A stretch of DNA of 64,000 nt from assembly GCA_015233115.1 (NCBI GenBank), contig JADFYJ010000006.1, forward strand, positions 595 to 64,594, written 5' to 3'. Below the pieces are notes generated by a model, which did no database searches, had not been told where the DNA came from, and saw only the letters and a list, made by a program, of their open reading frames with translations. Shown piece by piece: positions 8,386-16,878 of this stretch; within the stretch, counting starts at the first letter, position 1, and every line of letters starts with the position of its first letter. The translations under genes and the position numbers were made by a program. This DNA is from Candidatus Omnitrophota bacterium. GTDB taxonomy: Bacteria > Omnitrophota > Gorgyraeia > Zapsychrales > Zapsychraceae.

Positions 8386-9441
8386 ATGAACAAATTTTTA
8401 GATACTTATTTTAAAACAATTAAACGGTTTTTACCGGAACGATCTGCGGAAACGTCGGTGGGAATTGACATTGGCACAGGCGAGTGCAAACTCATAGAAC
8501 TGATTAAAAAACAGGACAGTTATGAGGTTGTGAATTGGTCAATTCGTCCGGTCGATAATAATGACATCGCGAGCGCGCTTAAGGCCATGTTGTCGAAATT
8601 AGGCCCTGGAAAACGTTCCATTTACACCTCAGTTTCCGGGCGGGGAACTTTGATCCGTTATATTGAAATGCCGCACATGTCTGTCGAGGACATGAAGAAT
8701 TCTTTCGGATTGGAAGCGGATAAATATTTTCCTTTTGCGCAGAATGAAATTTATTCTGACTGTTCCATCATAGATAATGAGAACAAGAAAAAACTGATGT
8801 ATGTGATGGCTGCGGTTGCCAAAAAAGATATCATTGATCTGCGGATAAAACTTTTAAGTGACTTGGGTTATAAGGTGGATTTTATCGGGCTCAATCCGGT
8901 GGCTTTGGCCAATGTCATGAATACTCTCGGTGCGGGTGAAGAGGCCAAGTCTGAAAAAGCTGTGGCGGTTTTGGACATGGGAGGAACCATCAGCAATTTA
9001 TCCATTTTTATAAAAGACAAACCGTGGTTTACGCGCGATATTTTTGTGGGCGGTCGTGATTTTACAAAACGCATCAGCAATATTTTGGGGGTGGACATGA
9101 ATCAGGCGGAGATATTAAAAACTTCGCCCAGCGATCAGCTGGAAAAAATGCTCGACGCGTGCGACTCTGCGGTGACGAATATTGTGCAGGAAATAAAATT
9201 GTCGTTTGATTATTTTTCAACAGAACGGAATTTTGAAGTTGGAAAATTGCTGTTAACGGGAGGCGCTTCAAAGCTGGAAGGTCTCTCGGCGCGGGTAGAA
9301 AAACATTTGGAAATCCCGGTAGTCTATTGGAATCCATTAAGTTTGGTGAAAATGTCTTCGGATATTTCTCCGGAAGAAATAAAAAAAGAATCCATGAAAT
9401 TAGGCGTGGCTCTCGGGCTCGCATTATATAATTATGATTGA
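8386..9441 (+). CDS. pilM: Type IV pilus assembly protein PilM (actin-like ATPase fold)
   Basis: VGIDIGTGECKLIEL phosphate-1-like motif. The gene is 351 aa and is followed by pilNOPQ. Confidence 0.85.
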   Translation: MNKFLDTYFKTIKRFLPERSAETSVGIDIGTGECKLIELIKKQDSYEVVNWSIRPVDNNDIASALKAMLSKLGPGKRSIYTSVSGRGTLIRYIEMPHMSVEDMKNSFGLEADKYFPFAQNEIYSDCSIIDNENKKKLMYVMAAVAKKDIIDLRIKLLSDLGYKVDFIGLNPVALANVMNTLGAGEEAKSEKAVAVLDMGGTISNLSIFIKDKPWFTRDIFVGGRDFTKRISNILGVDMNQAEILKTSPSDQLEKMLDACDSAVTNIVQEIKLSFDYFSTERNFEVGKLLLTGGASKLEGLSARVEKHLEIPVVYWNPLSLVKMSSDISPEEIKKESMKLGVALGLALYNYD

Positions 9442-10018
9442 AATTAACCTCACACCACCGGAAGCGCGGAAAAAACGTACAGCTGGCGGCTTTATGAAGG
9501 GCCTGAGTGTGCCATTGGAAGTGATCATTGGCTTAGGCGGTGGTTTATTAATGTTACTGTTGTGTATTTATGTGGTACTGGTTTTCGCGAACCTGGGCAA
9601 AGCCGCTGAGCTGCGGTCATTGAATAAACAGTGGGAACAATTACAGCCGGAGAAAAAAGAAATTGATGCGGTATTAAGTGATTTGCGCTCTTTGCAGTCC
9701 ATTAAGAAAGATGTACAAAAAATTTGCAACGCGAACCGTATCCGTTGGTCTCGGAAGTTGAATATCATCACAGATGTTATTCCCAAAGGCGTCTGGCTGA
9801 TCAGAATTGATGCGGGCGACGCCAGTCTTTTTATTAAAGGCCGGGCGCTTTCAAAGCAGGGAGAGGAATTAAGGAATATTCATGCCTTTGTCGCGAATTT
9901 GAAAAACAATCCGGATTTTATGAGTGAGCTTAAAGATGTGGAATTGGGAAATATTCAATCTGTTAAAGTGAGCGGCGTTGATGTATCAGAGTTTTCGATC
10001 AAGGTGGTCTTAAAATGA
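9434..10018 (+). CDS. pilN: Type IV pilus assembly protein PilN
   Basis: Single N-proximal TM segment followed by a coiled-coil. Its position between pilM and pilO is typical, and its start overlaps pilM. Confidence 0.75.
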   Translation: MIEINLTPPEARKKRTAGGFMKGLSVPLEVIIGLGGGLLMLLLCIYVVLVFANLGKAAELRSLNKQWEQLQPEKKEIDAVLSDLRSLQSIKKDVQKICNANRIRWSRKLNIITDVIPKGVWLIRIDAGDASLFIKGRALSKQGEELRNIHAFVANLKNNPDFMSELKDVELGNIQSVKVSGVDVSEFSIKVVLK

Positions 10019-10617
10019 AAAAAGTGGAACTATTAGAAAAATATCGGGCTTTTGTGGAAAACATGGATGAAAAAACCCGCTATTATATTTTTGGTGGGAT
10101 ATTGTTACTGGTATTTTTATTGTGCTATTTTATTTTTATCCACCCGCAATTAGCATCTTTATCAAAAATATCTCCTGAGCTTGACCTGGTGCGGGAGGAT
10201 ATCAAAAAATTGAAAAATGACCGGCAACAAATTAACCAATACAAGAAGCAGGTCGCGGATTTAACCAAAGACACGGAGAAATTAAGTTTACGGATCCGGC
10301 CCAAAGAAGAAGTATCTGTGGTTATTGAATCGATTTCGCATTTGGCGAATAAATACAATGTGAAACTGGATCAGATTAATCCTAATTTGTCTGACCAACA
10401 AAAAATCATGGACAGTCAGGGGAAATCATATTACCGGCTTCCTATTTTAATCGACGGGCGGAGTGGTTATCATGATTTTGGCAGATTTTTAAATGCGTTA
10501 GAAATGAGCGATATTTATATAGAAGTGCAAAAATATTCCATTTTTCCGTCAGAAATCCAGCGTTTGCAAAAAGTCACCATTACATTGAATGCCGTGGTTT
10601 TTGATGCGGGGAAATGA
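10015..10617 (+). CDS. pilO: Type IV pilus assembly protein PilO
   Basis: N-terminal TM segment and a coiled-coil. Its start overlaps pilN by 4 nt, and it is the right size for PilO. Confidence 0.7.
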   Translation: MKKVELLEKYRAFVENMDEKTRYYIFGGILLLVFLLCYFIFIHPQLASLSKISPELDLVREDIKKLKNDRQQINQYKKQVADLTKDTEKLSLRIRPKEEVSVVIESISHLANKYNVKLDQINPNLSDQQKIMDSQGKSYYRLPILIDGRSGYHDFGRFLNALEMSDIYIEVQKYSIFPSEIQRLQKVTITLNAVVFDAGK

Positions 10618-10657
10618 TAAAAGTGGTAAACGTGGTAGAGGTGATAAAGGTGGTAAA
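10613..10657. repeat. 9-mer tandem repeat (GTGGTAAAS/GTGATAAAG x5) at pilO/pilP junction
   Basis: tgataaaagtggtaaacgtggtagaggtgataaaggtggtaaagg. Confidence 0.7.
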
Positions 10658-10715
10658 GGAAAAAACGACTGATCAAAAACGTAGGGGCGCCCTGGTTTTT
10701 AAAAAAAACACAAAC

Positions 10716-11066
10716 ATGAAAAAGAAATCATTATTTTTATTATTTGTTGTTATGATGTCGGCGGTAGCTTATGCGGCTGAGCCTGCGCTCGATTACAATG
10801 ACCATAACAAACGTGATCCTTTTTGGAGTTTGGTCAGCACGAGCGGCACCATTCTTAATTTCGACACGGAATACTCTTTATCGGAATTAAATATTGAAGG
10901 GATCATTATGGGTAAGGCAGGGGACAATATGGCCATTATCGGCGGGAAGATTGTAAAAAAAGGCGAACTCTTGGGACAATATATGGTGGTAGAGATTCAA
11001 ACAGATAAAGTTATCTTGTCAGCTGGCGGGAAAATTTCTGAAGTTAAAATGAATAAGGGAGAGTGA
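10716..11066 (+). CDS. pilP: PilP-like pilus assembly lipoprotein (signal peptide)
   Basis: The start chosen is MKKKSLFLLFVVMMSAVAYA, a signal peptide. The longer ORF-track start at 10614 reads through a 9-mer tandem repeat and is unlikely to be real. Confidence 0.6.
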   Translation: MKKKSLFLLFVVMMSAVAYAAEPALDYNDHNKRDPFWSLVSTSGTILNFDTEYSLSELNIEGIIMGKAGDNMAIIGGKIVKKGELLGQYMVVEIQTDKVILSAGGKISEVKMNKGE

Positions 11067-11067
11067 T

Positions 11068-12723
11068 ATGAAAAACCAAACTTTGCTTGTGAGCGTGATT
11101 TTTTTACTCGCCATGACAGCTGCGGCTTTTGCGGAAGAAAAAACTAAAACAACAGCTGGATCGGCGGCGGCTCCGGCAGCGGCTCCGGCAGCGGCTTCAG
11201 TTGCGGCGCAAGCTACCGCGCCTTCAGCAGAGGCTGCCGCGTCACCTACAAAAGAATCAGGGCCAGTTTATGTCCCAATTGTTTCAACTCCCATTGGGGC
11301 TTCACCCTCAAAAAATGTTCCCATAAAATCAACTCCTACCGGTGTAACGGCTGTACCTATGGAAGCTAGTGTTTATGTTTCCTCGGATACCAGCGTTCCT
11401 GCTGTGCCTATAACGGCGGAAGTTAGTCAGGGGGGTAATGTGAGTTTGGATTTTAAAGACGCGGACATCAAGAATGTGCTTAAAATTTTGGCATTTAAAA
11501 GCGGGGTTAATATTGTTCCTGCTCCAGATGTAACGGGTGTGGTTTCGATCCAGCTTAATGACGTTCCGTGGGAACAGGCTTTGGATGTTATTTTAAGAAC
11601 TTATGGCTATGCTTATGAAAAAAAGGGTAATATTATTTTGGTTATGACTGTGGATGGTATGAAAAAACGGCGGGAAGATTCTATTGCTCTGGCAGAGCAA
11701 GAAACATTTATCACCAAAACTTTTTCTTTAAATTACGCGAAAGCCGCGGATGTGTTGACTTCCATTTTAAAAATGAAGTCTGAGAAAGGGAGTGCGGAAG
11801 TGGATGAACGCACCAATACCTTGATCGTGACAGATACGGCTAGCCGGATTGAGCTGATTGAAAGCGTGATTAAAAAATTGGATCGGACGACACCACAGGT
11901 TTTGATCGAAGGGAAAGTTGTGGAAACAGACGTTAATAATGGAGATGATTTAGGGATCAAATGGAATCCGCAGGTATCTATATCAGGTCCGAAGCGGCCT
12001 TACTTATTCCCCTTTAAACAAATATCTAAAGCTCCTTCAAAAAATGATGCCACAACGAGCACTGTGAATTCGGATGGGACAGTGACTACGGTTCATTTTC
12101 CTGATCAATTCCCTGCCGCTCCTACCTCAGCGTTTGGTTATGGAACTTTAGATTTTACCTCTTTTTCCGCAACTATGAAATATTTAGAAAGCCGCAGCAG
12201 CACCAATATTCTTTCCAGCCCAAGCATTACAACTTTGGATAATCAGACCGCCAAGATTGATGTGGGGCTGAAATATCCGCTTCCTACTTTCTCGTTTAGT
12301 CAGCAGACCAACACGATTCAGCTTTCCGGTTACAATTACCAGGATATAGGAGTTTCATTTATTGTGACCCCGCATGTCAACAGCGCTGAAATGGTGACTT
12401 TGGAAGTTGAGCCAAAAATTCAGAGCAGGGGGGATAATGTGGCGATGGAAGGTGTGAACATACCCATTATAAATAACCAATCCGCAAAGACGACAGTTTT
12501 GATTAGAAGCGGTGATACTTTGGTTATAGGCGGTTTAATTACTAAGCAAAAGAATGATACCAGAACGAATGTGCCGTTTTTGTCGCGCATTCCTTTACTT
12601 GGATACTTTTTCAAAAATAAAAGTGCGACTGAAACAAAGACGGATTTGATTATTTTTATTACTCCGCACATTGTCACTCCGGAATCGCCGAGTACAGTGG
12701 TTGCAACAACAGGAAAATCATAG
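11068..12723 (+). CDS. pilQ: Type IV pilus secretin PilQ
   Basis: Signal peptide, an Ala/Pro-rich linker and a C-terminal secretin domain (…TVLIRSGDTLVIGGL…VPFLSRIPLLGYFF…LIIFITPHIV). Confidence 0.9.
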   Translation: MKNQTLLVSVIFLLAMTAAAFAEEKTKTTAGSAAAPAAAPAAASVAAQATAPSAEAAASPTKESGPVYVPIVSTPIGASPSKNVPIKSTPTGVTAVPMEASVYVSSDTSVPAVPITAEVSQGGNVSLDFKDADIKNVLKILAFKSGVNIVPAPDVTGVVSIQLNDVPWEQALDVILRTYGYAYEKKGNIILVMTVDGMKKRREDSIALAEQETFITKTFSLNYAKAADVLTSILKMKSEKGSAEVDERTNTLIVTDTASRIELIESVIKKLDRTTPQVLIEGKVVETDVNNGDDLGIKWNPQVSISGPKRPYLFPFKQISKAPSKNDATTSTVNSDGTVTTVHFPDQFPAAPTSAFGYGTLDFTSFSATMKYLESRSSTNILSSPSITTLDNQTAKIDVGLKYPLPTFSFSQQTNTIQLSGYNYQDIGVSFIVTPHVNSAEMVTLEVEPKIQSRGDNVAMEGVNIPIINNQSAKTTVLIRSGDTLVIGGLITKQKNDTRTNVPFLSRIPLLGYFFKNKSATETKTDLIIFITPHIVTPESPSTVVATTGKS

Positions 12724-12788
12724 GGCTTGGCTGGCCTGCCGGTCGGCAGGGATAGCGGGTCTATAAAATAAAAATATTAGGAAAATAA

Positions 12789-14135
12789 ATGTCGAGAGAA
12801 ATTTTAATTCAAACGCAGAAAGGCGAAAAGCTGGTCGCTATAGTACAAGACGGACGGTTAGATGAATTTCACATTGAAGTGTCCCGTTACCAGCCGTTGT
12901 TAGGAAATATTTATAAGGGAAAAGTCGAATCTATTTTACCATCGATCAACGCCGCGTTTGTGAATATCGGGCAGGCTAAAAATGGCTTTTTGTATTTAAC
13001 GGATGTGGTGAGCCCGCGGGTTGACGCGGATCAGGAATTAGAACCGCTTAATTTTATTGAAAAGATTTTTAATCCCCAGCCAAAGGTAGAAGTCAAACCT
13101 GAGCCGCCTAAACCCTCCCCTAGATCGAATAAACGGTTTAAAAAACATTCTGGAGATTTGCCCTTGAAAGTTGGGCAGGATGTTTTGGTTCAAGTGGTCA
13201 AAGAACCGTTTGGCGAAAAAGGCGCGCGTTTGACCACGCATATCACTCTGCCGGGCCGGTTCATTGTTTATATGCCTTATGACGAGCAGGTGGGGATTTC
13301 TAAAAAAATTGAAGAAGGTGAAGAGCGGAAACGTTTGCGGGAGGTCATCGCGGGTTTAAGTTTTATTAAAAGCGGTGGTTTTATTGTGCGGACAGCTTGC
13401 AGCGGCCAGGGCAAACGGGAGCTGGTGCGCGATGCTAAATTTTTGCATGATATTTGGCAGAAGATTTTAAAAAAGTCTAAGACGGAAAAATCTCCGGTCA
13501 TGATTTATGAAGAAGGAGAATTGACCTGGAAAATGGTGCGGGATTATTTGACGGAAAAAGTGGATAAGTTGGTCATTGATTCTGAAGAGCATTATACGCG
13601 CATCCGTCAATTCGTGCAGACTTTGATCGGCCCGGAAATGGTGGGTAAGATTGAATTTTATCAGGGCAAAGAGCTTTTGTTTGAAGCCAAAAAAATCATG
13701 GATGATTTGCGTACCATTTATGAGCCGACTGTGCCGGTTAAGTCAGGCGCGTATGTGGTCATTGAGCAGACTGAAGCTCTTACGGTGATTGATGTGAACA
13801 GCGGCAGGTTTAAGACCCGGGCTTCTCCCGGAGAAGCCGCGTTTATGGTGAATATGGAAGTGGTGCCGGAAATCGCGCGGCAACTGCGTTTGCGGGATTT
13901 GGGAGGTATTATTGTCATAGATTTTATTGATATGGTCAAAGAAGATAATAAACGCCGGGTGCTGCACACGTTAAAAGAAGCCTTGGCGAAAGATTACGCC
14001 AAGACCGAAGTCTATAAAATCTCTCCGTTAGGTTTGGTTGAGATGACCAGAGAACGCAGCGGCAAAACCGTAGAATCAATATCTTTCGGCCGATGCCCCT
14101 TTTGCAGCGGGCGAGGCAGGGTAAAAATTCCTTAA
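12789..14135 (+). CDS. rng: Ribonuclease G/E family endoribonuclease
   Basis: N-terminal S1 domain (GNIYKGKV) and the RNase E/G catalytic core (…VIDVNSGRF…), with a C-terminal Zn-link-like CPFCSGRG. The gene is 448 aa. Confidence 0.85.
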   Translation: MSREILIQTQKGEKLVAIVQDGRLDEFHIEVSRYQPLLGNIYKGKVESILPSINAAFVNIGQAKNGFLYLTDVVSPRVDADQELEPLNFIEKIFNPQPKVEVKPEPPKPSPRSNKRFKKHSGDLPLKVGQDVLVQVVKEPFGEKGARLTTHITLPGRFIVYMPYDEQVGISKKIEEGEERKRLREVIAGLSFIKSGGFIVRTACSGQGKRELVRDAKFLHDIWQKILKKSKTEKSPVMIYEEGELTWKMVRDYLTEKVDKLVIDSEEHYTRIRQFVQTLIGPEMVGKIEFYQGKELLFEAKKIMDDLRTIYEPTVPVKSGAYVVIEQTEALTVIDVNSGRFKTRASPGEAAFMVNMEVVPEIARQLRLRDLGGIIVIDFIDMVKEDNKRRVLHTLKEALAKDYAKTEVYKISPLGLVEMTRERSGKTVESISFGRCPFCSGRGRVKIP

Positions 14136-14137
14136 AA

Positions 14138-14172
14138 GTGACAGAGTAACCGAGTAACCGAGTAACAGAGTG
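14138..14172. repeat. Family-A tandem octamer block (GTGACAGA GTAACCGA GTAACCGA GTAACAGA)
   Basis: Directly follows the rng stop. Its inverted partner lies at 14327..14366. Confidence 0.8.
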
Positions 14173-14231
14173 AAAAGAAAAGCGATTGATGGGAAAAAAA
14201 TCTACTTTGTTTACTCTGTACTTTTTTCCTC

Positions 14232-14260
14232 TTGACGAAAAGGGATCTATTGCTTATACT
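14232..14260 (+). promoter_or_regulatory. sigma70-like promoter for rplU
   Basis: TTGACG, a 17-nt spacer, then TATACT. It lies between an inverted pair of family-A repeats. Confidence 0.5.
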
Positions 14261-14326
14261 TGGCAAACGATAAATTACGGCAAGACTAATTAGGTTCAGA
14301 GATTTTCCTATATTTTTTGTTTTTTT

Positions 14327-14366
14327 CTCTGTTACTTTGTTACTCGGTTACTTTGTCACTTAACAA
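14327..14366. repeat. Family-A block, reverse orientation (CTCTGTTACTTTGTTACTCGGTTACTTTGTCAC)
   Basis: Reverse complement of the block at 14138. It lies in the rplU 5' leader. Confidence 0.8.
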
Positions 14367-14387
14367 AATTTACTATGGAGGCAGTTT

Positions 14388-14696
14388 ATGTTTGCAGTTG
14401 TTAAAATCGGATCTGAACAATTTAAGGTTTCTGAAGGTGATTTGATCGAAGTGAATCGTCTTCCGGAAGACGCTGGAAAAGAAATTCAGCTGGATGTGTT
14501 AGCTTATGAAAACGGCACAGATGTGCGTTTTGGCCAGCCGTATTTGAAAGATGTTAAAGTTGCGGCTGCGGTTAAGGAAAACACGCGAGGAGAACGTGTA
14601 ATCGCGTTTAAATTTCGTAAACGTACCAATTGGAAAAAAATCCACGGACACCGCGCTGATTTGACAGCGTTGAATATTATTAAAATTCAGGGGTAA
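14388..14696 (+). CDS. rplU: 50S ribosomal protein L21
   Basis: MFAVVKIGSEQFKVSEGDLIEV is a typical L21 N-terminus. A ggagg RBS precedes it. Confidence 0.9.
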   Translation: MFAVVKIGSEQFKVSEGDLIEVNRLPEDAGKEIQLDVLAYENGTDVRFGQPYLKDVKVAAAVKENTRGERVIAFKFRKRTNWKKIHGHRADLTALNIIKIQG

Positions 14697-14767
14697 AATT
14701 TATTTTACCGGTTGATGGTTGATAGTTTTTGATTTTTGGAAGAAGCGATAGCTTCCTAAATCTTAAA

Positions 14768-14810
14768 AATTCCGGTTGGCCTTCATGGGGAAAACCGGAA
14801 TTTCTTTTTA
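14768..14810 (+). terminator. Rho-independent terminator after rplU
   Basis: Stem aattccggtt/aaccggaatt followed by a T-rich run. Confidence 0.65.
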
Positions 14811-14822
14811 ATTGAATCTTTA

Positions 14823-14866
14823 AAAGTAACAGAGTAACCGAGTAACAAAGTAACAGAGCAACAGAA
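14823..14866. repeat. Family-A block (forward)
   Basis: aaagtaacagagtaaccgagtaacaaagtaacagagcaacag, located after the rplU terminator. Confidence 0.8.
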
Positions 14867-14937
14867 TAAAAAACTAATATTAAGGCTGTTACTTTGATTT
14901 TGTTTTTTACAAGTATTGTTTTTTTGTAATCTTTTTT

Positions 14938-14978
14938 TGTGCTCTGTTACTCGGTCACTTTGTTACTTTGTTACTTTA
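14938..14978. repeat. Family-A block (reverse)
   Basis: gtgctctgttactcggtcactttgttactttgttacttt, located before obg. Confidence 0.8.
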
Positions 14979-15006
14979 TGGGTAAAAAATTAACGATAGG
15001 TTTAAT

Positions 15007-16005
15007 ATGTTGTTCGTCGACGAAACAATTATAAAAATTAAGGCCGGTGACGGCGGGCAGGGGTGCGAGAGTTTTTATCGCGATTTGTCGCGCGCGCCTA
15101 TGGCGGATGGCGGTGACGGCGGCAAAGGCGGGGATATTATTATTGAGGCTTCACGCTCGCATCACACGCTTTTGGATTTTAAATATCAACAGAATTATAA
15201 AGCGTCCAAAGGCGGGAATGCCAGCAGTAATAACAAAACCGGGCGTAAGGGCGAAGACCGTATACTTAAAGTTCCGGTTGGAACTATTATCCGTGATGCG
15301 GAAACCGGGCTGGTGATTAAAGATATGACCGAAGACGGCCAGCAGATTATTATCGCGAAAGGCGGGCATGGTGGCATAGGGAATCAATATAAGCATACGC
15401 CTAAACCTGCCGTGCCGGGTGAAGAACATCGAATTCTGCTCGAACTTAAAGTCATGGCAGATGTGGGATTAGTTGGTTTTCCGAATGTGGGGAAATCGAC
15501 TATTATTTCCGCGATTTCGAAAGTCAGATCTCCGGTAGCCAATTATCCTTTTACCACGAAACAGCCGATTTTAGGCATTGTGCAGGATGAATTGGATGAG
15601 AAATTGGATTTTGTGGTGGCTGATCTTCCCGGTATTATTGAAGGCGCGCATGACGGACGGGGTTTAGGCGACAGGTTTTTACGCCACGCGGAACGCACCA
15701 AGATTTTGGTCCATGTGCTGGATATGTCAGGGTCTGAAGGTCGTGACCCTCTAGAGGATTTTGAAAAATTAAATCATGAATTGAATTCATACGGAGAAAC
15801 ATTGCCGTTTAAAAGCCAGATTGTGGTAGCTAACAAGATGGACTTACCTGAAGCAAAAAATCATTTAAAACGTTTTAAAAAGCATTATAATGAAGCCATT
15901 ATTGCTGTTTCAGCAAAGGATAAAAAGGGATTAGACCAGCTAGTGAAAGAGATCCGTGCCGTCCTATGTCAAGAACGTTCCTCAGAAAAATCAAAAGAGT
16001 CATAG
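15007..16005 (+). CDS. obg: GTPase Obg (ObgE/CgtA), short form without C-terminal TGS/OCT domain
   Basis: Obg-fold Gly-rich N-domain (GDGGQGC, GGDGGKGGD) and GTPase motifs GFPNVGKST, DLPG and NKMD. Confidence 0.9.
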   Translation: MLFVDETIIKIKAGDGGQGCESFYRDLSRAPMADGGDGGKGGDIIIEASRSHHTLLDFKYQQNYKASKGGNASSNNKTGRKGEDRILKVPVGTIIRDAETGLVIKDMTEDGQQIIIAKGGHGGIGNQYKHTPKPAVPGEEHRILLELKVMADVGLVGFPNVGKSTIISAISKVRSPVANYPFTTKQPILGIVQDELDEKLDFVVADLPGIIEGAHDGRGLGDRFLRHAERTKILVHVLDMSGSEGRDPLEDFEKLNHELNSYGETLPFKSQIVVANKMDLPEAKNHLKRFKKHYNEAIIAVSAKDKKGLDQLVKEIRAVLCQERSSEKSKES

Positions 16006-16751
16006 TTAAAGTCGGCTCAGGCTTAATCGCCAATGAGCAATTTAAGCCAAGTAATACCCGCCTGCGCCGTTTGGTGGAACAGATATGTTCTGCGCAAAAA
16101 CGTGGCTATGAAGTTGTGTTAGTCTCTTCCGGCGCCATAGCATTGGGTATGGGCGAGATGCAATGTAAAAAGCGTCCGTCTGAATTATCCCAGCTACAAG
16201 CTTATGCTTCCACAGGCCAAGCTATTCTCATGCGCAAATATAATGATTTATTCCATAAATATAATTCCAAATGTGGACAAATACTTTTAACTTGGGATGA
16301 TTTTCGTAATGATTCACGTCATAAAAATGTCCGCCAGACCATCAAGACCATGTTGTCGTGGGGTGTGGTGCCGATCATTAATGAAAATGATTCAGTTTCC
16401 AACGATGAAATTAAATTCGGAGACAACGATAAATTATCCGCTTTAGTGGCCAGCTGTGTAGACGCGGATTTATTGCTTATTTTGTCGGATGTGGACGGTT
16501 TATATGACATGCGCACTCCGGATAAAAAATTATATCGTGAAGTAAAAGAGATCACGCAGGAAATAGAAAGTGTGGCTGGCGGTTCAGTTAACAAAAATGT
16601 GTCCAAAGGCGGTATGAAATCTAAAATTGACGCGATCAAAATCGCGACCGCATCCAAGGTAGCCTGTGTGATCGCGCACGGCCAGACTGAAAATATTTTA
16701 AACCGCGTTTTAGATGGGGAAAATATCGGAACATATTTTTACGAAAAATAA
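15966..16751 (+). CDS. proB: Glutamate 5-kinase (no PUA domain)
   Basis: VKVGSGLIAN... amino-acid kinase fold motifs. The gene is 261 aa and overlaps the obg 3' end. Confidence 0.8.
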   Translation: MSRTFLRKIKRVIVKVGSGLIANEQFKPSNTRLRRLVEQICSAQKRGYEVVLVSSGAIALGMGEMQCKKRPSELSQLQAYASTGQAILMRKYNDLFHKYNSKCGQILLTWDDFRNDSRHKNVRQTIKTMLSWGVVPIINENDSVSNDEIKFGDNDKLSALVASCVDADLLLILSDVDGLYDMRTPDKKLYREVKEITQEIESVAGGSVNKNVSKGGMKSKIDAIKIATASKVACVIAHGQTENILNRVLDGENIGTYFYEK

Positions 16752-16756
16752 AACGT

Positions 16757-16782
16757 CGTAGGGGCGATCTCCTGATCGCCCG
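16757..16782. repeat. Family-D 26-nt palindromic element (cgtaggggcgatctcctgatcgcccg)
   Basis: It is itself a hairpin (GGGCGATC tcct GATCGCCC). A T-run lies 9 nt downstream, so it may terminate proB transcription. Confidence 0.8.
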
Positions 16783-16827
16783 CAACAATCGTTTTTAAAT
16801 AAAAATCAAAAAGCAATAATTTTGTCA

Positions 16828-16853
16828 CGGGCGATCAGGAGATCGCCCCTACG
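16828..16853. repeat. Family-D element, exact reverse complement of 16757..16782
   Basis: cgggcgatcaggagatcgcccctacg. Confidence 0.85.
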
Positions 16854-16878
16854 AACAGTGTAAATGTAGGAACATAAT

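Noticed and set aside
10614-10715. Long start for pilP at 10614
   Set aside because: The N-terminal 34 aa would be translated from a 9-mer tandem repeat and a GC palindrome. An internal Met followed by a canonical signal peptide is far more plausible.
11129-11326. + strand 65-aa ORF (RRRLRQRLRQ...) inside pilQ
   Set aside because: It is an alternative frame through the GC-rich Ala/Pro-linker coding region of pilQ and is a low-complexity artefact.
14138-14978. Possibility that the family-A/B repeat blocks are CRISPR arrays
   Set aside because: The units are contiguous 6-8-mers with no unique spacers of regular length, and they occur as inverted pairs. No cas genes are in the window, so the blocks are not CRISPR.
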